Positions 24,428 through 30,445 of a DNA stretch of 41,208 bases are shown here, in pieces (within the stretch, counting starts at the first letter, position 1; each line of letters starts with the position of its first letter). The stretch is from a virus, in IMG/VR virus record IMGVR_UViG_3300005535_000011; one strand, written 5' to 3'. The notes beneath the pieces are model-generated. The model saw only the letters and a list, made by a program, of their open reading frames with translations, made no database searches and had not been told where the DNA came from. The position numbers and the translations under genes were made by a program.

Positions 24428-25483
24428 CTAATACGCGATTTCTCCGTTCTCAAATGCTCTTACGTCCTCACTACTAACCGAGGTAAACATAGCCTTGATC
24501 AGCTCAATACCTTCGCGGATGCGTTCAGCTGGCATATTTTCAATGTAGGTCTTTGCGCTGGTACCAAATACTTCTTTAAGCACTTCTATACGTTTCTTTT
24601 GTACGGCGGCGGCGTTACCCGCCAGGTCATGCTCTACTAGAAGTTCTTGAAGCTCTTCAAGGGCAATGTCACGCTGCTTACGGCGCTCCGAAAGCGAGTA
24701 GTCCGGGCTTTCGAACATGTCCTCGGAGTTTCGGCTAGTGTCCACGCCGACATGTTCACCACCGATGTTCAAGGACGAAATGACCGTCATGAAGTTTTCA
24801 AATTTTGGATAGTCGATGGCTTTACCATTCATGGTGTCGGTGCGATCTTTCAGGACGTAGCAACGGTTTATCCAGCCCTTGTCGTCGTCCTTTCGTATAC
24901 GCTCCATTTCGAGTAGTAAGTCTGACTCGTAGCCAAATTCGCCTTCCGCCTTCATTTTGACGCCTGTCTTAAGTAGTTCCTTTTTACCTGATTCATCTTC
25001 GGACATATCGTATTCGTAACCGGCGCGTCCGAGTACGATGACGTGAATTTTGCTGTTAATGAAGGCGTCTGTGAACTGCTGCCACTCAGTTTTAACTTTG
25101 CCCCAATCCTGGAATAGCAAACCGTTGCTGCGGCGCAACCTATTTTCATAGCTCGTTGTCAGCTCGCGCCAGACATGCGATATAGAGTCAATGATTGCGA
25201 CGCTGTACCCCTCTTGCTCCACCTCCTTCATGAATGCGAGCAGGTCTTTGAACGAGCGAGATTTTACGCTATCCAGCTGAATATTTTGTTCTTGGAAGTA
25301 CTTGACCAGGAAGTCCGAACCCTTTTCGGTGTCGAAAAAGGCTATTTTCTGGTTTTTCCCCTGATCTAGTTTTGCTATGCCTGCGGCAATCCGCGAGGCG
25401 GTGTATGTCTTACCACTACCTTGAAAGCCTAGTATACCGGCCTTTAGATAAGCGGTTTGATTCTTTGCTGGTTTTAGCAGCAT
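24428..25483 (-). CDS. P-loop ATPase (RecA-superfamily / Sak4-like phage AAA ATPase) (351 aa)
   Basis: Walker A GFQGSGKT at residues about 19-26. Walker B-like hhhhD (VAIIDS). AAGAGGAG RBS. The family assignment is inference. Confidence 0.65.
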   Translation of the reverse strand: MLLKPAKNQTAYLKAGILGFQGSGKTYTASRIAAGIAKLDQGKNQKIAFFDTEKGSDFLVKYFQEQNIQLDSVKSRSFKDLLAFMKEVEQEGYSVAIIDSISHVWRELTTSYENRLRRSNGLLFQDWGKVKTEWQQFTDAFINSKIHVIVLGRAGYEYDMSEDESGKKELLKTGVKMKAEGEFGYESDLLLEMERIRKDDDKGWINRCYVLKDRTDTMNGKAIDYPKFENFMTVISSLNIGGEHVGVDTSRNSEDMFESPDYSLSERRKQRDIALEELQELLVEHDLAGNAAAVQKKRIEVLKEVFGTSAKTYIENMPAERIREGIELIKAMFTSVSSEDVRAFENGEIAY

Positions 25484-25588
25484 ATGATTCTCCTCTTAGT
25501 TAAAGTTACTTACTTGAAGACAAACGGCGGGGGTGCTTGCTCCCAACTAGTATCGCTGCCTGCCCCCTCCGGCTGCCTTCAATCCTAA

Positions 25589-25612
25589 GAGCCGGATTGT
25601 ATTACCCGGCTC
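25589..25612 (-). terminator. Weak terminator-like hairpin after gene 25615..26007
   Basis: GAGCCGG-N10-CCGGCTC directly after the stop. The U-tract is poor (UUAGGAUU). Confidence 0.3.
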
Positions 25613-25614
25613 GC

Positions 25615-26007
25615 TTACTTGGCTATCAGGTCGTTGTGTAGCTGAGCTACGATCTGATAAATCGTCCGTGCCTCTTCAATGGTTTTGATCTCGCCATTAT
25701 GGTATTGGTAGCCTATCCGATTGCTTACGTAAGAGTAGGCTTGCCCACGTTTGATCTTGCCGTTTTTCCACAACGGGTCAAGCAAGGCATGTATCTTCTT
25801 GCGAGCTTCCAATATCTCCCTGGTTGCTATACAGCCAAGCGGCTTAGTTGGATTGTTGGTTTTGTGATGACAACCAACATAGTTGCCGCATCCGTCACAT
25901 TTCCAAAAAGGTAGGTCATACAAATCTGGTCTGTGCGGATACCGTTCTTTCCCGTCAGTAAGACGAGCCTCGACGTCCACCTTACAACCGGTGCAATATA
26001 TCTGCAC
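25615..26007 (-). CDS. zinc-finger phage protein (130 aa), DUF3268-like from memory
   Basis: CTGC..(31)..CDGC followed by YVGCHH and a conserved PLG..A....R..IH..LD.LW block. Confidence 0.55.
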   Translation of the reverse strand: MQIYCTGCKVDVEARLTDGKERYPHRPDLYDLPFWKCDGCGNYVGCHHKTNNPTKPLGCIATREILEARKKIHALLDPLWKNGKIKRGQAYSYVSNRIGYQYHNGEIKTIEEARTIYQIVAQLHNDLIAK

Positions 26008-26018
26008 GTATTTACCTC

Positions 26019-26225
26019 CTATACAAAAATCTTCACAACCTTGTCATACGCTATGTATGAAACAAGGCCGATAATAGCTAGGGTCTTTAAACCTGAGCTG
26101 TGCTTACAAGCTACAAACCACAGAATCCGTGTCGTGGACATCTCCGAAATAATCCTGATGCCTGATTTAGTGGGTTTGCTTAGTTCTTTTGAATCTTCGT
26201 ACTTTGATTGATTTTTTACTAACAT
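26019..26225 (-). CDS. hypothetical protein (68 aa), first ORF after the structured noncoding region
   Basis: AAAGGA RBS 8 nt upstream. A hydrophobic segment sits near the C-terminus. Confidence 0.45.
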   Translation of the reverse strand: MLVKNQSKYEDSKELSKPTKSGIRIISEMSTTRILWFVACKHSSGLKTLAIIGLVSYIAYDKVVKIFV

Positions 26226-26328
26226 AGTAAAATCCTTTCTTATTTGTTGTGTTTGTTTCCGAGTAGATTGTTAAGGTTCTTCCAGGGCATCGGGCAAGTC
26301 TCGCACAAGCCCGATGTTGTCCCCAGAG

Positions 26329-26456
26329 CAGGCAGGTCAGCCGTTGGATTTTCCGGGGCTCAGATACGAATTGCACGTATCCGGACGCCGACTAGTCTTT
26401 TAGCGTCTCATTTCCCTTTGTTTGCCATTGGAATCATCCAACGGCTGACCTGCCTG
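26329..26456. other. Long hairpin element: perfect 21-bp stem enclosing 86 nt with two sub-hairpins
   Basis: 26329..26349 CAGGCAGGTCAGCCGTTGGAT pairs with 26436..26456 ATCCAACGGCTGACCTGCCTG. Inner hairpins are GATACG/CGTATC (26363..26381) and GACGC/GCGTC (26384..26407). Confidence 0.8.
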
Positions 26457-26461
26457 GTATT

Positions 26462-26615
26462 TTGGCTAGCCTATTCCCCGCAGTGTGCCGATATTGCGTA
26501 CGCGCCATCAGTTAGGCGTCGGTCTGTTAAAGGTGTAGGGTACCAGCCGGAACCTATCACCTCGCAGGAGTTGACTGTGAAGCCGTACCCTCACCACGGG
26601 GAATAGGCTAGCCAA
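26462..26615. other. Long hairpin element: perfect 19-bp stem enclosing 116 nt
   Basis: 26462..26480 TTGGCTAGCCTATTCCCCG pairs with 26597..26615 CGGGGAATAGGCTAGCCAA. Inner helix AGGGTAC/GTACCCT (26537..26543 / 26585..26591) is extended by GGTG/CACC. Confidence 0.8.
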
Positions 26616-26718
26616 GTGTCGTCTCCACCACACCCATAAATCCTCGCGCTACTGAGTTCGTATCCCGTAGGCTCTACGACGCTTCACTTGAGGAGGAGGC
26701 GGGTTTCCCCGGTGTTGA

Positions 26719-26742
26719 GTTCAAACGCTCATTTGACCCCAA
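26719..26742. repeat. 24-bp inverted repeat, left copy (GTTCAAACGCTCATTTGACCCCAA)
   Basis: Perfect reverse complement of 28412..28435. It contains the internal dyad TCAAA-N6-TTTGA and starts 3 nt after the tandem terminators. Confidence 0.95.
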
Positions 26743-26745
26743 CAT

Positions 26746-26774
26746 AAGAAAACCCCCACGCTTTGACGTGAGGG
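26746..26774 (-). terminator. Rho-independent terminator (minus strand), second of a tandem pair
   Basis: Minus-sense CCCUCACG-ucaaag-CGUGGGGG followed by UUUUCUU. One G.U pair is valid only on the minus strand. Confidence 0.6.
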
Positions 26775-26793
26775 ACACTGACGCCAAGCATAT

Positions 26794-26821
26794 AAAAACC
26801 TCCTACCGTTTCAGTAGGAGG
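26794..26821 (-). terminator. Rho-independent terminator (minus strand) directly after the tRNA 3'-half
   Basis: Perfect 8-bp stem CCTCCTAC-tgaaacg-GTAGGAGG followed by TTTTT, 13 nt after the ..CCA end. Confidence 0.7.
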
Positions 26822-26834
26822 TGAGAGTTATGCT

Positions 26835-26880
26835 TGGCTGGGGTGGAGGGATTCGAACCCCCGAATGCAAGGTCTGAATC
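26835..26880 (-). other. tRNA 3'-half-like segment = candidate attP core
   Basis: Minus-sense ..GAUUCAGACCUUGCAUUC-GGGGG-UUCGAAU-CCCUC-CACCCCA-G-CCA. This gives a canonical T-arm (UUCGAAU loop), a 7-nt acceptor 3' strand, a discriminator G and an encoded CCA. There is no matching acceptor 5' strand or D-arm upstream, so it is a fragment. Confidence 0.7.
26858..26874. repeat. 17-bp inverted repeat, left arm (CCCCCGAATGCAAGGTC), inside the tRNA fragment
   Basis: Perfect reverse complement of 27018..27034. Confidence 0.9.
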
Positions 26881-27017
26881 TTTTTACCCTTCCGGCAACT
26901 CTTTACGCCTACTGGGACGTTGAGTGGATGGAGCAAATTGTCAAAGTTCTAAGTGAAGAATATCATCACCACGCACTAAAATGCAAGTACTTTTTAGTAA
27001 AAGTTATCCACATATAT

Positions 27018-27034
27018 GACCTTGCATTCGGGGG
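27018..27034. repeat. 17-bp inverted repeat, right arm (GACCTTGCATTCGGGGG), 8 nt from the int stop codon
   Basis: Perfect reverse complement of 26858..26874, with a 143-bp AT-rich spacer between the arms. Confidence 0.9.
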
Positions 27035-27042
27035 CCGTAGCC

Positions 27043-27909
27043 CTAATGACTATGATAGCGCATAAACACTTCTTCTTCCCTGTTTTCCAGGTGAGAATAT
27101 ATGTCGCCCGTAACCTGTATGCTGGCGTGATTCATGAGCACCTGAAGAGATTTGAGGCTGCCCCCATTGTAGATAATATCCGATGCATACGAGTGCCGGT
27201 AGACGTGCGGCGTGATGTTCTTGCGGATTCCCGTTACCTCCTCAAGCTCGTGCAATATCTGCTCAACTCTGGATACGGTTATGCGTTTTCCCTGTGACGA
27301 AGTGAAGAGGGGGCGTAGCTGATCGTGACGCGTGGCTAGATAAGCATCAATATGCGCCTGAACGGTGGTATTAAAATAGAGCCTTGACTTGTTTCCGGCC
27401 TTGTCCTCGACCCAGAGCTCCTTATTGCCGTGTTCCGTAGCTGGTGCGTATTCGTAATACTCCCGGTCTACGCTCAGGAGCGCGCTGATACGGCTTCCGG
27501 TGTGGAATAAGGCGCTTACAATAGCCTTGTCGCGAGGGTTTCTGGTTGCAGCGACGGTCTTTTCTATTTCCTCGACTGTTAGATATGTATGATTGGTCTT
27601 GCGTTTGCGGCGCGGAACATCAATCGAGTCAGGATTAATTACTGCCCTGCCCTGCTGTCTGCAATAACGAAGCACTTTGCATAAGCATTTGACGCACGAG
27701 TAGATATAATTTGCGGACTTTCCCTCTTGCTGCAAAATAACTTTCCAGCGTATAACGGCGTCTTCGGTTAGGAGTTCTATAGGCGCATCGCCTATATTAC
27801 GTATTAATGAATTGCACGCCGTTCGATAGTTCGCCTGCGTTTTGGGTGCAAAATTATTAGCCTGTAGCCCATAAAGGTCATACAGGCGAAACGCCTCACT
27901 AATTGTCAT
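27043..27909 (-). CDS. int: tyrosine recombinase / integrase, XerC/D-like (288 aa)
   Basis: Catalytic residues readable: R in HTGSRISAL, H-x-x-R in HVYRHSYAS, H in LMNHAS and the nucleophile Y in GDIYSH. The N-terminus resembles a SAM-like core-binding domain. GGGAGA RBS. A tRNA-3'-half attP lies 160 bp downstream. Confidence 0.9.
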   Translation of the reverse strand: MTISEAFRLYDLYGLQANNFAPKTQANYRTACNSLIRNIGDAPIELLTEDAVIRWKVILQQEGKSANYIYSCVKCLCKVLRYCRQQGRAVINPDSIDVPRRKRKTNHTYLTVEEIEKTVAATRNPRDKAIVSALFHTGSRISALLSVDREYYEYAPATEHGNKELWVEDKAGNKSRLYFNTTVQAHIDAYLATRHDQLRPLFTSSQGKRITVSRVEQILHELEEVTGIRKNITPHVYRHSYASDIIYNGGSLKSLQVLMNHASIQVTGDIYSHLENREEEVFMRYHSH

Positions 27910-28220
27910 GATTTCTCCCGTCTTGTGTTCGCTATTGAGTATATTCGCCTTATATTTCCCCTTTCAACATGATCGATATCACGGTGTTTGTTTAGATTGT
28001 TTTTAGGTTCCTGAGTTATTATGTATTTTTGTGCACAGCAGTGCTCCCCGCTTTAGGTGGAGCGGAACGGTACCCTCTGACCAACACAACATGAAGCAAC
28101 GTCTCTAAGGCGCATCATCTACTGTAGCCATGACCCTAGCTTTTTCGGGTCTACGTCTTTTTTGGTAAGGAGTGCGTACAACTCCGGCCACAGCAATCGT
28201 CTTTTGGCCCCTTCCTTAGT

Positions 28221-28298
28221 ATCACTTCTACCCTCGATTACAGTGCGGGTAGGGACAACCTAAGCTCGGTTGTCCGTTGGCACTGTAATCGAAGTGAT
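28221..28298. other. 78-nt three-helix hairpin in the int-HTH intergenic region
   Basis: ATCACT/AGTGAT (6 bp), TCGATTACAGTGC/GCACTGTAATCGA (13 bp perfect, 28234..28246 / 28280..28292) and GGACAACC/GGTTGTCC (8 bp, 7-nt loop). Confidence 0.75.
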
Positions 28299-28374
28299 GG
28301 TTACCCTGTTCGATGTATTGTGAGCAGGACTATCGCTAGCCAATAACGTGTTGTGTAAGTGTTTAATAGAGATC

Positions 28375-28419
28375 AAAAAAGACCCCAAAAAAGACAATTT
28401 CACATGTCTTATTGGGGTC
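28375..28419 (-). terminator. Strong Rho-independent terminator (minus strand) in the int-HTH intergenic region
   Basis: Minus-sense GACCCCAA-u-AAGACA-ugugaaau-UGUCUU-uu-UUGGGGUC followed by UUUUUU (28380..28375). 14 bp in total. Confidence 0.7.
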
Positions 28420-28435
28420 AAATGAGCGTTTGAAC
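28412..28435. repeat. 24-bp inverted repeat, right copy (TTGGGGTCAAATGAGCGTTTGAAC)
   Basis: Perfect reverse complement of 26719..26742. It overlaps the 5' arm (minus sense) of terminator 28375..28419. Confidence 0.95.
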
Positions 28436-28441
28436 ATTCTT

Positions 28442-28450
28442 ATGATATCA
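28442..28450 (-). promoter_or_regulatory. Extended -10-like promoter TGaTATCAT (minus strand) for a candidate small RNA
   Basis: Palindromic TGATATCA. On the minus strand the hexamer ends about 6 nt before position 28435/28436, the start of the 24-bp repeat. Confidence 0.35.
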
Positions 28451-28493
28451 ATCCGGAAGTATTATGTCAAGTGTAGTGTTTTGTCACTGCTTA

Positions 28494-28502
28494 TGCTATA
28501 AT
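28494..28502 (+). promoter_or_regulatory. Extended -10 promoter TGcTATAAT for the HTH regulator (leaderless start)
   Basis: The hexamer ends 7 nt before A of ATG 28510. Confidence 0.5.
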
Positions 28503-28509
28503 AATAGAG

Positions 28510-28773
28510 ATGAGGTTAAAATACGACAAAGAAATTGGTGATTTTGTAGTAGGTGCCGATGGTAAGCGTCTCCGCGATTTTTATATTGAAAAACGCAGGG
28601 AATCAGGCAAAACTATTAATGGTCTCGAGCGTGAGATTAATGTAAGCAGGCAGGCCCTCCGCTATGTGGAGATGCCAAACAGTTCGGGTACGCAGAGCAA
28701 TAGCGCACACATGATACTCCGGGCATTACAGGGTCTTGGCTACACGTTGGAACTTAAGGAGCCATCAAAATGA
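28510..28773 (+). CDS. XRE/Cro-type helix-turn-helix transcriptional regulator (87 aa), probably leaderless
   Basis: HTH segment KTINGLEREINVSRQALRYVE. First gene of the rightward arm. TGcTATAAT ends 7 nt before the ATG and there is no SD. Confidence 0.75.
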   Translation: MRLKYDKEIGDFVVGADGKRLRDFYIEKRRESGKTINGLEREINVSRQALRYVEMPNSSGTQSNSAHMILRALQGLGYTLELKEPSK

Positions 28774-29027
28774 TTTCTGACGATATGAAGGAACTGATGG
28801 AACGTTTCGGCCCTAACGGACTGAAAGAGCTAGGCAATATTGAGAACAAGACAGAGTTCTTATTGCATAGGTTGCTTATTGTAACCACGATTGCCGCCAA
28901 CCTGCATTCTATTGACCCAGCGAGTGGCGAGCAGTTTTTAAAGAACTTCGAACCACTGATTTTAAAAGCCCAGCAAGAGTTACAAAGCCAGGTTGAGAAA
29001 TTTACCCACGATCACGGCGAGCTATGA
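28770..29027 (+). CDS. hypothetical protein (85 aa)
   Basis: AAGGAG RBS and ATGA overlap with the HTH gene. Confidence 0.6.
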   Translation: MISDDMKELMERFGPNGLKELGNIENKTEFLLHRLLIVTTIAANLHSIDPASGEQFLKNFEPLILKAQQELQSQVEKFTHDHGEL

Positions 29028-29028
29028 G

Positions 29029-29457
29029 ATGGTATGCGCAAGATGCAATCAAAAAGCCTCGCACATATTCTCTGATGAACGAGGTGAGCGGTGCGAAAAC
29101 TGTTCGTCTATGTCTATCGTCAGCAAGAATAAGACGGATGGCATACTCACTCGTACCTCATGGCGCATAAGACGCCAGCAATCCAGGCACGAGGGAGATA
29201 TGGTACTTCCCCACTCCTACGATAAGACAAAGCACCGCGAGGTTGTAAATCCTGACTTCGTTAAGCTCTACCCCGACAAGGTTAAAGATTTCTTCAGTGG
29301 CGACCAGCTAAAAAAGGATGGCTACAGTAAAATGCCTGACGCTATTGCTAAGAACGAAGCCAAGCGAGAGAGACAGCGCGACGAGTTCAAAGCCGATACC
29401 ATTTATTCCGGAAGCTCAGAAAAGGCGATGGCCAAGTTTTTGAAGGATGAGGCATGA
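29029..29457 (+). CDS. zinc-ribbon protein (142 aa from ATG 29029)
   Basis: CARC..(16)..CENC near the N-terminus. ATG 29029 lies 1 nt after the upstream stop. The track start at 28993 overlaps the upstream gene. Confidence 0.55.
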   Translation: MVCARCNQKASHIFSDERGERCENCSSMSIVSKNKTDGILTRTSWRIRRQQSRHEGDMVLPHSYDKTKHREVVNPDFVKLYPDKVKDFFSGDQLKKDGYSKMPDAIAKNEAKRERQRDEFKADTIYSGSSEKAMAKFLKDEA

Positions 29458-29876
29458 TCTTACAAGACCCACACGATGCCTTGCACGCCAGATGCGAGCC
29501 CGTCACCTTCCCCGAGGCAAAGCGTATCGCTAAAACATTGCGCGACGCTTATCAGGAAGTATCCAAAAAGGCCAAAGACACCCTCGTAGTAGGATTGGCC
29601 GCGCCCCAGATTGGCATTCCAAAGCGTATGTTTGCTATGTATGGCATAGTGTTTATCAACCCCAGCTTTACGGCGCATGGCCCGAAACTGGTTGATAGCG
29701 CTGAGGGATGCTTAAGCCTGCCCGATACCTACCACCCAAAGCGCTATGACACGATTTTGGCTACGTGGACAGATGAAGCACGTAGATTACGACGCGAACT
29801 ATTGGAAGGTAGGGATGCGGTTGTGTTCCAACATGAATTTGACCATTTGGAGGGAAGATTGTGCAATGAGTTATAG
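29454..29876 (+). CDS. def: peptide deformylase (140 aa)
   Basis: All three PDF motifs are present: VGLAAPQIG (GxGxAAxQ), EGCLS and QHEFDHLEG (HExxH). Confidence 0.88.
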   Translation: MILQDPHDALHARCEPVTFPEAKRIAKTLRDAYQEVSKKAKDTLVVGLAAPQIGIPKRMFAMYGIVFINPSFTAHGPKLVDSAEGCLSLPDTYHPKRYDTILATWTDEARRLRRELLEGRDAVVFQHEFDHLEGRLCNEL

Positions 29877-29947
29877 AGACTTCAATTTGATTATATGTAC
29901 CAAGCCATCTATAACCCAGAAGCATAATTTATTGTGATATAAAAATC

Positions 29948-30445
29948 ATGGCAAACAACCCCAACGCAGCAGCAAATCTTACACCAGTGGTAGCCGGTCA
30001 GGTACTCAACCCAAACGGCCGTCCTAAAGGCTCTAAGAGCATTTCTACCTGGATTAGAATGTTGATGGAGGATGAGAACTTTGAAACTAACCTGCTCGAC
30101 TCCAAGCGTGGCCTCATCGAATATAAAGGTGCGCCAATCAAAGCTCTAATCCATGTAGCCATTCACCGGGCCATTCACGACGACAAGAATGGGCATAAAT
30201 GGGCCGACTGGCTTGGCAAGTATGGTTACGGCATAGCCATTAAGCTTGAGGAAGAGCATAAAGTAGAGGTCGTGCATATTTACAAGCCTGAAAAGGCTAC
30301 GCTGGAGGATTTTAACCAGCAAGGTGAGATACTACGTTTGAAGGCGCGTGAAGCGGTCGAGGTAATGGAAACGGAAATGAGTGATTTGGAAGGCACAAGC
30401 CGGTCCACAAACAATGGCGCTTCAAGTGCCGGACTCGGTCAATGA
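29948..30445 (+). CDS. putative terminase small subunit (165 aa)
   Basis: The N-terminal NPNGRPKGSK motif is seen in small terminase/DNA-binding packaging proteins. It lies immediately upstream of terL and overlaps it. No SD; a TGaTATAAA-like element ends 4 nt before the ATG. Confidence 0.5.
   Translation: MANNPNAAANLTPVVAGQVLNPNGRPKGSKSISTWIRMLMEDENFETNLLDSKRGLIEYKGAPIKALIHVAIHRAIHDDKNGHKWADWLGKYGYGIAIKLEEEHKVEVVHIYKPEKATLEDFNQQGEILRLKAREAVEVMETEMSDLEGTSRSTNNGASSAGLGQ

Larger units (their letters stand above)
28375..28436 (-). ncRNA. Candidate ~60-nt small RNA (promoter 28442..28450 to terminator 28375..28419)
   Basis: An extended -10-like promoter, a 16-nt unstructured 5' end (GUUCAAACGCUCAUUU) and a terminator hairpin with U6. 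Its first 24 nt equal the plus-strand sequence of 26719..26742. There is no expression evidence. Confidence 0.3.

Noticed and set aside
26244-26606. 120-aa plus-strand ORF (and 69-aa minus ORF 26167..26376) covering the structured noncoding block
   Set aside because: It reads through both arms of the perfect 21-bp and 19-bp stems. Composition is Arg/Ser/Pro-rich with no RBS, and it runs against the orientation of the neighbouring genes. It is better explained as a chance ORF in structured DNA.
26835-26940. A complete tRNA gene on the minus strand
   Set aside because: Only the T-arm, acceptor 3' strand and CCA fold canonically. There is no complementary acceptor 5' strand (TGGGGTG) and no D-arm or anticodon stem within 110 nt upstream. 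I interpret it as an attP tRNA fragment.
26865-27297. Plus-strand ORFs 26865..27065 and 27016..27297
   Set aside because: The first spans the tRNA fragment and the AT-rich attP arm. The second is antisense to the integrase 3' region. Neither has an RBS.
28366-28437. 23-codon minus-strand ORF (MFKRSFDPNKTCEIVFFGVFFDLY) starting at the 24-bp repeat
   Set aside because: It has no SD, and the ORF runs through and beyond the strong terminator hairpin and U-tract. The RNA is more plausibly noncoding.
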